A stretch of DNA of 64,000 nucleotides from Bacteroidales bacterium UBA1192 (GTDB lineage: Bacteria; Bacteroidota; Bacteroidia; Bacteroidales; Bacteroidaceae). The translations under genes were made by a program, and so were the position numbers. The notes below the pieces were generated by a model. That model was not told the DNA's origin and did not search any database. It saw only the letters and a program-made list of their open reading frames with translations. This document shows, piece by piece, positions 27,979-37,526 of the stretch; position 1 is the first letter of the stretch, and every line of letters begins with the position of its first letter. Location: assembly GCA_002310175.1 (NCBI GenBank), contig DBYG01000044.1, positions 39,801-103,800 of the forward strand, in the 5' to 3' direction.

Positions 27979-30273
27979 ATGAAGCGTCCGGTTATATTGT
28001 CACTGCTACTTTTGCCGCTACTTATTACGGCCGGTTGTCGCCAAGGCAAAACCCGTACTGAGCCATATCATGTTCTTGTAATGCACTGTTATGACTCTCT
28101 TGACAGGAACTATCGCATTTATGACAAGGAACTCTCCCGTTCACTTAAAAGGAATGGGATAAGGGCGGAAATAAAGAACGTATACAGGGAGATGGGAGCC
28201 AGTCTGGACTACCGCAACTATTCAAGCGGGCTTGCCAAACTGAAGCAGGACGGCTGGGTTCCTGACGTAATCTGTTTTTTTGATGCAAGGACCTTGAGCC
28301 TTCATCTTGAGGGTCTTTTTTCTGAATGGCTTCCTCCGACGAACAGTGTTCCTATTGTGGCATCAGGACTCCATTCTCCCGATTACGAGCTTATAAGGCA
28401 GTACAAGAACATATATGTCCAGACTGATCTTATAGATTTCATGACCAATCTGCGACTTGCGGTGGATATGGTGAAGGACAAGCGTTACTTTAACGGCGTT
28501 TATTCAAATCTGGTGCATATTGAACTGGACTACACCAATTATGACATACGCGTAAGGAACGAACTCCTGAACAAGGTCAACGTCCCTCCGTTTGTTAATA
28601 ATGCAGATTTCCATATCTCCGGAATGACATTCGATCAGATATTCAGGACTTATAAGGATTCTATATTCATTGATGTCTTTTCAAATCGCCATCCGGAGCG
28701 TAACGCATACGACGGTGATTACCTGCTCTATCATAAACGGGCGCTGCAGAACCTGCGCTCTTCCGTCGTGCTCTCGGTAAAGAAAGACATGGACAGTGAC
28801 GAGATCCTCAAAAAGAGCCAGCGTCCCCAGTTTACTGCCATACGCGATGGTTTCGGTAACGGATACGGACGTCTTTTGTGCGGTTATTTCGCATCATATA
28901 AGACGGTGGCACATGACCAGGCCGATTTCGTGGCAAGAGTACTCAAGGGCGAGCAGGTGGCATCGATGTCGTTTGCAAAACATGAGCCGGACTATTATAT
29001 GGACTGGGATGCCATGAAGCAACTGGGCATGAAGAGTCGCGAGTTCCGTAACGGAAAGAACATGACCGGTCACTCCTTCAATATCGTGAATGCGCCATTC
29101 CGTATTATGCATCCTATCCTGTTTTTCCTGATGGTGGCGGTCGTTATAGCGGCGGTGGCGGCAATAGTTCTCTTTATTAACTATAAGCTGTTCAGGAGCA
29201 AGAAGATATACAACCGTTTTCTGGCCGAGCAGCTTGACGGACACCGGAACCTCTTCAACCTGATGTTTGATGAGTCATCGGCCATAATAGTGAATGACGT
29301 GAATGACATAGCCTCGCTTGAGGACCGCATCCATCCTGAAGACCGGAATATTTCCCTGGATATAATAAGGGGACTGGCTGAAGGAGAGAAGGTCATTGAC
29401 AAGGAATTGCGCATAAGTATCAATTCCGGCAATGACTATCATTGGTGGAGATTCCTTTCGGCCGGAGAGGGTGATAACCCGTCCGTAGGGGGTATGAAAG
29501 GCGTGCTCATTGATGTGGATGATTCAGTTGACAACAACAATATTATCCAGGAAACCAGAGTCCTTGCCCAGGAACTGGCCAACAAGGAGACCTTTCTCAA
29601 GAACATAAGCCACGAGATAAGGACTCCACTCAACAGCATAGTGGGATTCTCACAGCTTCTCGGTGCTGATGACGGCTCCATGTCTGAGGAGGACAAGGGC
29701 AGGATTGGCGGTTTTATCAGGGAGAACACATTAGTTCTTTCTGACATGATTGAAGATATACTCCAATACTCAAGGTTAGAAAGTGGCAGGATAGATATAG
29801 ACATGGTGGAGACGGAAATAGCACCCCTCATGGAGAGCATATTCTCCAACTGGCAGGAAAGGGTTCCCGAGGGAATAGATTTTCATCTGAATGCCGGCTT
29901 CAGGAATATATTTGCCATGCTTGACCCGGTAAGGGTTTCTACCATAATAGGACATTACATAAGGAATGCAATCCGGTACACCTCTTCCGGATCCATAATA
30001 GTGGGATGGAACTACAACATATCGGACGGAATGGTCTCACTCTATGTACAGGATACCGGCATAGGCATAAGCGAGAACAAGCAGAAACTTGTCTATAACC
30101 TGTTCTGGAAAGATGACCAGTACCAGAACGGAGTAGGGATAGGTCTCAGCATATCAAAACTTTATACTGAGAAGATGAATGGGTTTGTCCGCCTGCAGAG
30201 TACTGAAGGGGTGGGGAGCAGTTTCAGCTCGGTATTCAAGGCATATATCAGAAAGGATACGCAGAATAGATGA
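27979..30273 (+). CDS. Sensor histidine kinase 2, a paralogue of HK1 with the same architecture
   Basis: It shares DYYMDW(N/D)AM and (Y/F)NIVN(V/A)PFR blocks before the TM. H-box ISHEIRTPLNSIVGF. It starts 3 nt after HK1. Confidence 0.85.
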   Translation: MKRPVILSLLLLPLLITAGCRQGKTRTEPYHVLVMHCYDSLDRNYRIYDKELSRSLKRNGIRAEIKNVYREMGASLDYRNYSSGLAKLKQDGWVPDVICFFDARTLSLHLEGLFSEWLPPTNSVPIVASGLHSPDYELIRQYKNIYVQTDLIDFMTNLRLAVDMVKDKRYFNGVYSNLVHIELDYTNYDIRVRNELLNKVNVPPFVNNADFHISGMTFDQIFRTYKDSIFIDVFSNRHPERNAYDGDYLLYHKRALQNLRSSVVLSVKKDMDSDEILKKSQRPQFTAIRDGFGNGYGRLLCGYFASYKTVAHDQADFVARVLKGEQVASMSFAKHEPDYYMDWDAMKQLGMKSREFRNGKNMTGHSFNIVNAPFRIMHPILFFLMVAVVIAAVAAIVLFINYKLFRSKKIYNRFLAEQLDGHRNLFNLMFDESSAIIVNDVNDIASLEDRIHPEDRNISLDIIRGLAEGEKVIDKELRISINSGNDYHWWRFLSAGEGDNPSVGGMKGVLIDVDDSVDNNNIIQETRVLAQELANKETFLKNISHEIRTPLNSIVGFSQLLGADDGSMSEEDKGRIGGFIRENTLVLSDMIEDILQYSRLESGRIDIDMVETEIAPLMESIFSNWQERVPEGIDFHLNAGFRNIFAMLDPVRVSTIIGHYIRNAIRYTSSGSIIVGWNYNISDGMVSLYVQDTGIGISENKQKLVYNLFWKDDQYQNGVGIGLSISKLYTEKMNGFVRLQSTEGVGSSFSSVFKAYIRKDTQNR

Positions 30274-31571
30274 AATACAGACTATTGTTTATTTTCCTGA
30301 CAGCTTTTATGTGCGTTCAGGCATCGGGGCAGATCAGGAACCGTTTAGGGGTGGATGATGCAATTTTTCTCCGGTATGCCAACGGACGCATGCAGCAGTA
30401 CAATCCTCAGAACATTCTGGTGGCTGATTCCCTTTACCGCCACGGGGTTTACAAGAATGATGCGAACATTAAGATGCTTGCTCTCTCTCTTGAGCTGCCC
30501 GTCAGATATTCAATCAGGGACAGTCTCAGGGTTGAGGAGATTGTCAAGGAACTTAAGACACTATCCAATACAAATCGTAAGATAAATGATTTCTATTATC
30601 TTACCATGTATGACTATTGTAATCTGCTCATAATGGACGGCCGCATTTCCGATGCCATGCTGGAGGCCCGTGACATGTCCACCCGTGCTTCGGAAAAAAA
30701 GAGCCCGTCCGGTCAGATGTATGCCTATCGGATTATAGGAATCATCCAGTCCTACCGTACCAACTCGGTCCTTGCTGTCAGGAACTTTGAACGGGCTGCA
30801 GATTTCTGTATTCAAGCCAAGGAGGAGCAGGAACTGCCTAACATATATATATTCATGGCACAGGAACTGATCCGGATGGGCCGTTACCGGGAAGCTGGCG
30901 ATTACTGTTCCCTTGCTGAGGAATACCAGGATTTCTATCCGGCCTTAAGAGTCAAGACGGCCATGACAAGAGCCTATCTTTACGATGCCGAAGGGGACAA
31001 GGCGGCCTTTGAAGAGAGTTACAGGAAACTTGTTTCAAATCCGCTCTACCGTGTTCAGACAGACTCCGATACCCGTATATTGATGGAGATTTGCCGTCTG
31101 CGCTCTGAGGGACGCTATCCATCGGCTTTGATAAGTGCGGATTCGCTTATTTCAGCCAAGAAAAGGTTTGAACAGAAACATGCCCTCTTGGCGCTTATTG
31201 ACAACTGGGAAGGTGCGTATGATCAGCTGCTTCAGCTCATGAATACTAAGGATTCCATATACATTGTAGTACAGAATGAAGACATGGCCATTCTTGATGC
31301 CGAGCTTAACAATGCACAACTAAGATATGAGACTGCCCGCATGAAGGCCAGACAGGAGATTGGTATCCTGCTCGGAATGATATTCCTGTTCGTGCTGGTG
31401 TCGGTCGCTATCATGGTTTCACAGTGGAATCTTAATATGAACCTTGACAATCTGCGCAGCAGGAACTTGAATTCGCTCGCATCGCGCGATGCATACCGCC
31501 GTGCCTTGGATGCCAAGGAAAAAGAGAATGAAATGAGAACCAGAATATTGCAAAACAATACCCGGATATGA
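30270..31571 (+). CDS. TPR-like periplasmic protein with a single C-terminal TM and short coiled-coil tail (kinase-less paralogue of the HK3 sensor half)
   Basis: Signal peptide and helical-repeat composition. TM is GILLGMIFLFVLVSVAIMV. There is an ATGA overlap with the HK2 stop. Confidence 0.7.
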   Translation: MKYRLLFIFLTAFMCVQASGQIRNRLGVDDAIFLRYANGRMQQYNPQNILVADSLYRHGVYKNDANIKMLALSLELPVRYSIRDSLRVEEIVKELKTLSNTNRKINDFYYLTMYDYCNLLIMDGRISDAMLEARDMSTRASEKKSPSGQMYAYRIIGIIQSYRTNSVLAVRNFERAADFCIQAKEEQELPNIYIFMAQELIRMGRYREAGDYCSLAEEYQDFYPALRVKTAMTRAYLYDAEGDKAAFEESYRKLVSNPLYRVQTDSDTRILMEICRLRSEGRYPSALISADSLISAKKRFEQKHALLALIDNWEGAYDQLLQLMNTKDSIYIVVQNEDMAILDAELNNAQLRYETARMKARQEIGILLGMIFLFVLVSVAIMVSQWNLNMNLDNLRSRNLNSLASRDAYRRALDAKEKENEMRTRILQNNTRI

Positions 31572-31993
31572 ACAAATCAAGTTCCAGTTTTTTCACCAAA
31601 AACAAATATGTATTTTGGGCTTTCCTGATTTTTGCCGTCGGAGGTGTACTGACCCTTCTCTGTCTGATTCAGAAAATACCGCTGATGTTTGGAGTAGCGG
31701 GAGTAGGAATACTTACAGGCGGCCTGTTCTATTTCTGTCTGCGTTTCGTTACGGAACACTCTTACAAGGAGTATTTTGAGGACAGTTACAATATAGAACA
31801 TGAGACTATTGAGGAGGAAATAAAGAAATCGGCCACTTATCATCTCTATCAGGAGGCCGTCCTGAAACGCTACGAGTCAGCTTGTCGTGATCTCGGACTG
31901 ACTGATGAACAACGTTCTCTGCTACTTATGCTTCTCATTGAGGAGAAGAATAAGGTGGAGACTGACTTGGCTGAGAACGGCATCAGTATCTGA
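31568..31993 (+). CDS. Small membrane protein (2 TM + acidic helical tail), unknown function
   Basis: ATGA overlap with the upstream gene. TM segments are VFWAFLIFAVGGVLTLLCL and MFGVAGVGILTGGLFYFCL. Confidence 0.6.
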   Translation: MNKSSSSFFTKNKYVFWAFLIFAVGGVLTLLCLIQKIPLMFGVAGVGILTGGLFYFCLRFVTEHSYKEYFEDSYNIEHETIEEEIKKSATYHLYQEAVLKRYESACRDLGLTDEQRSLLLMLLIEEKNKVETDLAENGISI

Positions 31994-32010
31994 AGGGCGT
32001 TTTTTTACTG

Positions 32011-32409
32011 TTACTGTTTTCCGGCAAGTTCCAGTTGGGTTGAAACGCAGCTTAGTATTTTTTCCAGGATAATAGGCTTGGTTATAAAATCATTGGCTCC
32101 AAGATTGAATCCCTTGACTATATCCTCGTTAGAGTTTAGGGCTGACAGCACTATTACTCTGATATTCTCTGTGTCTGCATTGGTCTTTAGTGCTTCAAGA
32201 ACCTGATACCCGTCCATAACGGGCATCATTATGTCCAACAGGACAAGGTCCGGTTTCATGTCGGCAATCGTATCTAACGCCTCCTGGCCGTTGGCTGCAG
32301 TCTTGATTGTTACGTTCAGTTTTGTCAGAATCTTACGTATCAGCAGCAGATTCATTGGTATGTCATCCACTGCAAGAACAGTATAGCCTGAAAAGTCTTT
32401 GTATTGCAT
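32011..32409 (-). CDS. Stand-alone response-regulator receiver (CheY-like)
   Basis: DD (VDD), phospho-acceptor D in LLDIMMP, S in LSA and K in ITKP. No output domain. Confidence 0.85.
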   Translation of the reverse strand: MQYKDFSGYTVLAVDDIPMNLLLIRKILTKLNVTIKTAANGQEALDTIADMKPDLVLLDIMMPVMDGYQVLEALKTNADTENIRVIVLSALNSNEDIVKGFNLGANDFITKPIILEKILSCVSTQLELAGKQ

Positions 32410-32413
32410 ATAA

Positions 32414-32827
32414 TCAACCTTTTATTTTATTTATTTTTATGAGCTGTGTCGTTATTGATTCCAGAAGGTTCTGCATAATGACCGGCTTCTGAATGAAATC
32501 AGCAGCTCCGGCAGACTTGGTCTTGTCAACATCGTCCTGATTAGTGTAGGCGGATATCACTATAATTGGAATGGCTGCGGTATCGGGGCTTGATTTTAGC
32601 CTGTCTATTACTTCATAGCCGTCTATAACAGGCATTCTGAGGTCAAGCAGGATGATGTCAGGTTTCTCCGTCACTGTTTTCTCAATGGCTTCCTGCCCGC
32701 CCAGAGCCGGTATGATTGTAGCATGAGTCTTTTCCAGAATCTTTGTAAGCAGGTAAATATTAACCATGACGTCATCAACCGCCATAATCCTGCATCCTGA
32801 ATAATCGGGAAATATATCTGTTGCCAT
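32414..32827 (-). CDS. Stand-alone response-regulator receiver (CheY-like)
   Basis: VDD, LLDLRMP, ISA and IQKP. No output domain. Confidence 0.85.
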   Translation of the reverse strand: MATDIFPDYSGCRIMAVDDVMVNIYLLTKILEKTHATIIPALGGQEAIEKTVTEKPDIILLDLRMPVIDGYEVIDRLKSSPDTAAIPIIVISAYTNQDDVDKTKSAGAADFIQKPVIMQNLLESITTQLIKINKIKG

Positions 32828-32831
32828 ATCG

Positions 32832-34130
32832 CTATGTGTTGTTTTTATCTGTTTTCTCTATTTTTTTTTGGCCGGAATGCTCTTTATACCATGCTTTGGG
32901 AGTCATACCTGTTATTTTACTGAATATGCTGTTGAATGAGGAAGCATTCGGAAAACCGCAGGCCTGTGCTACTTCTGTCTGGTTGGCATTACCGTGATGA
33001 AGAAGGTACTGCTCGGCATAGTCAACTCTCAGAGTGTTCACATAGTCCGAGAATGACATGTTGAAAGTGTTATTGACCAGTCTTGATATGTAGGTCCTGT
33101 TTGTCTTGAGAACAGAGGCTACATCGGTCACTTTCAGACCTTGTCTCAGGAAGAAAAGTTCGTTTTTCATGAGTGCCTCGAACCGGCTGCGCAGTGAATC
33201 TTCTTCATAAAACACATCATTGTCTTTATTTGCAGTTTCTGTTTCTGATGATGTAGTCGTCGGATCACTTTTCATTTCGGTAAGTCCTGCGGATTCCGTT
33301 TCCTGATGCATGATGGGAGAGTATGTCACATCAGTATTCGGCTCAGGTATGACAGACTGGGGAGTCATGACGGAATAACCTTCAGGAAAGTCATCGTTGT
33401 CAGGGGTAATACTTACCTCTTCAAAAAGAAACCTCCTGGACAGAAGGATCAGGAAGAATGACAGCAGCAGGCTGAAAGCCAGCCCGGCTATATACTCAAG
33501 TGTGGAAGCGGGCGCTTTGTGGAAGAACAGGCGTGCCAGATACATGGTGCAGCACATAATCAGGATCCATGTGAGTTGAGCGTTATCCTTATCCCTGCGT
33601 TTGAATAATGTACGGATAACGAAAAACACCAGTTGCATGGCTATGATTACTCTGGGGAGGATTACAGAGATGATATAAGACAGCTTGAATCCAATGTGCA
33701 TATCTGCAAAAGAAGTCACTTCCTGTATGTACAGACCATTGTAACGCAGGTTTGTGAACTGGATGAAATCCTCCTTGCCTATTAGAATAACGAGCAGGAG
33801 TTGTATGAGAGCCAAAAAGATTGAGAACGGAATCCACATGTTTATGTGGTTCCGTTCAGGTTTGCCGTATATCTGGTTCCTATCAGTAATCGATATGGCC
33901 CATGGTATGAGAAGTGGTGCAATGGCCAGTTCCGCTATGCCTATTACTATGTGAAACAGGTCATCGGGAGGATTGCATGACAGGACTGCGTCAATGCCGG
34001 TCAGAATGAAAAGCAGAGTGAGATAGAATCTCTTTTTCCCCGGGCTTTCCATTCTGTCGTTGCCACCGGATAATGCCAGAGTAACCAGGCAGATTATAAA
34101 AGGTATGTAGTATATAAACCTCCAATCCAT
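32832..34130 (-). CDS. Membrane-anchored AraC-family transcriptional regulator (about 7 TM N-terminal domain + C-terminal HTH_AraC)
   Basis: Seven hydrophobic segments lie in aa 1-235, followed by an acidic/Thr-rich linker. The AraC HTH includes LKVTDVASVLKTNRTYISRL and GFPNASSFNSIFSKITGMTP. Confidence 0.8.
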   Translation of the reverse strand: MDWRFIYYIPFIICLVTLALSGGNDRMESPGKKRFYLTLLFILTGIDAVLSCNPPDDLFHIVIGIAELAIAPLLIPWAISITDRNQIYGKPERNHINMWIPFSIFLALIQLLLVILIGKEDFIQFTNLRYNGLYIQEVTSFADMHIGFKLSYIISVILPRVIIAMQLVFFVIRTLFKRRDKDNAQLTWILIMCCTMYLARLFFHKAPASTLEYIAGLAFSLLLSFFLILLSRRFLFEEVSITPDNDDFPEGYSVMTPQSVIPEPNTDVTYSPIMHQETESAGLTEMKSDPTTTSSETETANKDNDVFYEEDSLRSRFEALMKNELFFLRQGLKVTDVASVLKTNRTYISRLVNNTFNMSFSDYVNTLRVDYAEQYLLHHGNANQTEVAQACGFPNASSFNSIFSKITGMTPKAWYKEHSGQKKIEKTDKNNT

Positions 34131-34133
34131 AAG

Positions 34134-35249
34134 TCAGAAGTCATCTTCCTTTACATATATTTTCGATTCCCATTGCGTATTGCCTGAGGTAAATGAGTCT
34201 TCCCAATCATCCACCGTGGCGGTAAACTCTATTTCCTTATAAATGGCATTCAGATTCAGTCCGAGATGGAAAATGTACTGTTTGCCGAATTCATACTCAT
34301 TGCCGGGAAGAACTCCGTAGATAGGGAATTTCTGGACCTCATTCTTAAGGCCACTGTAGCGTACCCCGTAATAGGTGAAAGGTTCCACATCGAATATTAC
34401 CTCAATGTACTGTTTTCCCATTTTTATTTCCTCAGGAATCGAATAGAACCGGTTGCTCTGTCCAAAATTCGAAACCAGTACATCCTTTCCTACGTACATT
34501 TCATTCTCTGTTCCCACACCAACCTGGCAGTCGCCTTCATATACTACAAGATCCTTGTGCATGGACTGATGTTTCCAAACTCCGTTACCTGTTCCTATCG
34601 TGTCCACGAAAATACCTTCTGTAGCTATGCCGTGGGCAATAAGTTTCCTTATGCGTATGTGTCCCTTGAGACTGTCGTTCTCCGTAATATCCGAAACGGC
34701 AAATCCGATGTTGTTTGTTATATGACGGAAGACAAGAGGTACCACATCCATATAGGATATGCGGCGGTTGACAGTCTGGGATACAAGAGGTCCGGCTTCG
34801 GTGTCCTCGTTTTTGTATGGAATCACGTATGAACGGTTCTCGTCTATCATCTGAACTTCGTCCACATGGGGATAATATGCGCTCAGGAGTATCCTCGTGT
34901 CAAGACTCCATGCCATCGAGTTGAAATCGAGCGATCTGGAACCTCCGCGCTCATATACAGGCAGGTTGTCTATGAGCAAGGAGTAGTTGTTGGCATCCAC
35001 TCCCACTATTCCGAACGGCCTGGAAGGGTCAAGTTTAGCTTCTGAGTTTGAGGAAGTGGTGTAACTGCCTCCTCCTTCAATCTCACTACGGGTCTTGACC
35101 TCGCCGTCCTGTGTAATTACATAACTGAAGTTCAGGCTCCCGGATTTATCTTCAAAAACCGGTCCTGTTTCATTGTCTGATACACAGGATGCCAGAATCG
35201 CCGTGAGTAGCAGCAACGGAAGAATCTGGGGCAGTCTCGGAGTGTTCAT
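34134..35249 (-). CDS. Fimbrillin-like (Mfa/FimA superfamily) lipoprotein
   Basis: Lipobox ILASC. Family-typical blocks are PLVFRHITNNIGFAV and a C-terminal IEFTATVDDWED. Confidence 0.6.
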   Translation of the reverse strand: MNTPRLPQILPLLLLTAILASCVSDNETGPVFEDKSGSLNFSYVITQDGEVKTRSEIEGGGSYTTSSNSEAKLDPSRPFGIVGVDANNYSLLIDNLPVYERGGSRSLDFNSMAWSLDTRILLSAYYPHVDEVQMIDENRSYVIPYKNEDTEAGPLVSQTVNRRISYMDVVPLVFRHITNNIGFAVSDITENDSLKGHIRIRKLIAHGIATEGIFVDTIGTGNGVWKHQSMHKDLVVYEGDCQVGVGTENEMYVGKDVLVSNFGQSNRFYSIPEEIKMGKQYIEVIFDVEPFTYYGVRYSGLKNEVQKFPIYGVLPGNEYEFGKQYIFHLGLNLNAIYKEIEFTATVDDWEDSFTSGNTQWESKIYVKEDDF

Positions 35250-35279
35250 ATCATTTGCTTTTTTATGTTATTTCCGCTA

Positions 35280-35287
35280 CAAAGATA
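35280..35287 (-). promoter_or_regulatory. -7 box TATCTTTG
   Basis: It lies 31 nt upstream of the ATG at 35249. Confidence 0.45.
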
Positions 35288-35325
35288 ATGCTTTTTTTAC
35301 AAATACAAATTTTTTCGCAATTATT

Positions 35326-35368
35326 TTTGGGAAATTGTCAATTTTAAAAGAATTTGGAATTGTCAAAT
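35326..35368. promoter_or_regulatory. Direct repeat TTTGG(G)AA(A)TTGTCAA x2, a candidate activator site
   Basis: Copies at 35326-35341 and 35353-35366, with 25-nt spacing of the TTGTCAA cores. They lie roughly 40 to 90 nt upstream of the -7 box. Confidence 0.35.
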
Positions 35369-35378
35369 CCAAAACTAT

Positions 35379-37388
35379 CTATAATGGCAACGAAAGCAGG
35401 AACCTTGCTCCGTCAGTATATGAAACGTCAAGAAGTACCTCTCCTCCCAATGTCCCGGCCAGAAGTTTGCATATCGGTAGTCCAAGACCGTTGCCTTGCT
35501 TGAAAGAATCAAGTTTTGTGAAACGCTCAAAAATCTCATCAGCTTTCTCGGGCGGAACGCCTGGGCCGCTGTCAGTTACTGATATAGTCATCCTGTCGGG
35601 TTCTTCGGAAAGGGAGCATCGGATTGTTATATCGCCCTTGTCTGTAAACTTACAGGCGTTTGTAAGGAGGTTGAATAGAATCTGGACAACACGGTTGCGG
35701 TCTGAATGAATGGTGAAACTGTCATCAAAATCAGATTCGAATTTCAGTGTTACACCTTTTTTTATATAGCTCTTTACGCTATCCATAACATCACGACACG
35801 TACCGTTACACTGGAAATCGGAAATGTCGGTCTTCAGCTTGCCGCTCTCTATATCGGCCAGATTCAGAATGTCATTTACGAGTGATGTGAGAATCTCCGT
35901 ATTGTTCTTTATCAGTCCGCTGTATTCAGCCTTCTCCTCATTGGTCAGCATCTCAGAATATGCAGGGTCGGAAAGAAGCTGTGAAAAACCTACTATTGCA
36001 TTCAGTGGCGTCCTGATTTCATGACTTATATTCTGGATGAATACGGACTGTATCCTTTCTGACCTTTCGGCCCGCTCACGGGCTTTTACTGCCAGACTGT
36101 TAGCTGATTGGAGCAGCCTGTTCTGTTCCCGGTTTTTCCGGGAGTCCCTGATGCTCTTTATCAGGGAACCTGTAAGAATGGAAATAATGACAACCGATGA
36201 CAGAAGAACCAGAATTATCATCCTGCGGCGGAACAGGGCAAGTTCCCTTTCATTTGAGGCCGCCAATTCCGCGTTTTCTGATTTGAGTTTTTCATTTCCA
36301 AGACGGGTTGACATCTCGTTAAGTTCTTCATCTATTGCCTCTCCGTATAAATCCATGGTTATGTAGTGCAGGGTATCTGATTCAGCCAATGCACCCTTGT
36401 AGTCCTGCATATACTCCCTTATCATTCGTGTCAGAATGAAAACGGACTGTGACTTACCCTTGGATTTCGCCGCTTTTACAGCTGATTCGTACCGGCCGTT
36501 GTAGGCTTCCCATAGTGGCTGGTATGACAACGTCGAGGTGCGGGCACTGAATCCCATCCTGTTCTGATAATCCATTATTTCATGGTAAGTGGCGGCAAAC
36601 TCATTGTAACGTCTGAGTCCGAATAGGGATACAGCTTTGTTGTCCAGGAGTTGTATTACGATATTAGGGTCGTTGTCCTCTATGGAAAGTCCCTTTTCAG
36701 CATGTTTCAGGGCATTTTCAAAATCCATGTTCTTAAGACAGACAAGACTTGCCATATTGTAAGCCGATGTCGCGCTTTGCGACGGAACTTTTTCCTCGTA
36801 CAGTTCCGCGGCTTTCAGATAATACTCGTAAGCCTTGGAGTAATTGACTCTCTGCTGGTATAGTTTCCCGTTCTGCATCAGGCTCAGCGCCTGTCCGTAA
36901 TAGTCATTTTCAGAGAGGGCTTCATTATACATAATCTCAATCATGTCCTTTGCCTCAAGCAGACGCCTCGTAGAGAGGAAATTGACTATTTCCTGGCTGT
37001 ATGCAAAGTAATAATATTGCGTGAAACCGGTCCTGCGAGCCGTTTCCCTCAGCACATTGCCCTCTGCTGCCAGTTTTTCATCATCTTTGACACTGAGAAA
37101 ATAGTTGATCCTGATTACATGCGCCAGACACTCTGATTTTCCGTCCTTCAGCATAACAGCCTGTTCCAGCAGGGTATCTGCTATGGTAAGGCATTCACTG
37201 GAAGAGCGTTTCCGGTAAGCCCTTTCAAAAATGCTGTAAAGGTCATCCCTGATTCCATATCGGTTATTATAGGTCAGGGTATCGTCCGGTATGTTATCCT
37301 GATTTCCATGCTGCGCTAGGATTGCCGTCGGATGACAAACCAAAAGCATAACAATGAGAAGAGATGTACTGAGTGGAGTCAGTTTCAT
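35379..37388 (-). CDS. Sensor histidine kinase 3: periplasmic TPR-like domain, TM, coiled coil, HisKA, HATPase_c
   Basis: Signal peptide, TM MIILVLLSSVVIISILTGSLI, H-box ISHEIRTPLNAIVGF, and TDSGPGV and GNGLGL boxes. Confidence 0.85.
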   Translation of the reverse strand: MKLTPLSTSLLIVMLLVCHPTAILAQHGNQDNIPDDTLTYNNRYGIRDDLYSIFERAYRKRSSSECLTIADTLLEQAVMLKDGKSECLAHVIRINYFLSVKDDEKLAAEGNVLRETARRTGFTQYYYFAYSQEIVNFLSTRRLLEAKDMIEIMYNEALSENDYYGQALSLMQNGKLYQQRVNYSKAYEYYLKAAELYEEKVPSQSATSAYNMASLVCLKNMDFENALKHAEKGLSIEDNDPNIVIQLLDNKAVSLFGLRRYNEFAATYHEIMDYQNRMGFSARTSTLSYQPLWEAYNGRYESAVKAAKSKGKSQSVFILTRMIREYMQDYKGALAESDTLHYITMDLYGEAIDEELNEMSTRLGNEKLKSENAELAASNERELALFRRRMIILVLLSSVVIISILTGSLIKSIRDSRKNREQNRLLQSANSLAVKARERAERSERIQSVFIQNISHEIRTPLNAIVGFSQLLSDPAYSEMLTNEEKAEYSGLIKNNTEILTSLVNDILNLADIESGKLKTDISDFQCNGTCRDVMDSVKSYIKKGVTLKFESDFDDSFTIHSDRNRVVQILFNLLTNACKFTDKGDITIRCSLSEEPDRMTISVTDSGPGVPPEKADEIFERFTKLDSFKQGNGLGLPICKLLAGTLGGEVLLDVSYTDGARFLLSLPL

Positions 37389-37433
37389 TTTCTTTTATTT
37401 TTCCGGTGTAAAACTGATTCCGGACCAACGGTC

Positions 37434-37441
37434 CAAAGGTA
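37434..37441 (-). promoter_or_regulatory. -7 box TACCTTTG
   Basis: It lies 46 nt upstream of the ATG at 37388. Confidence 0.45.
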
Positions 37442-37518
37442 ATGTTTTTTTATTGTAATACAAATCCGACTGTTAATAACTTGTTTGTCCAAACCTGTAG
37501 AATAATAACGGACTGATG

Positions 37519-37526
37519 TATTTTTG
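37519..37526 (+). promoter_or_regulatory. -7 box TATTTTTG
   Basis: It lies 41 nt upstream of the ATG at 37567. Confidence 0.45.

Noticed and set aside
35250-35378. Possible invertible (phase-variable) promoter in front of the fimbrillin-like gene, as seen at many Bacteroidales surface loci.
   Set aside because: I found no flanking inverted repeats, and there is no site-specific recombinase gene in the window. Only direct repeats are present.
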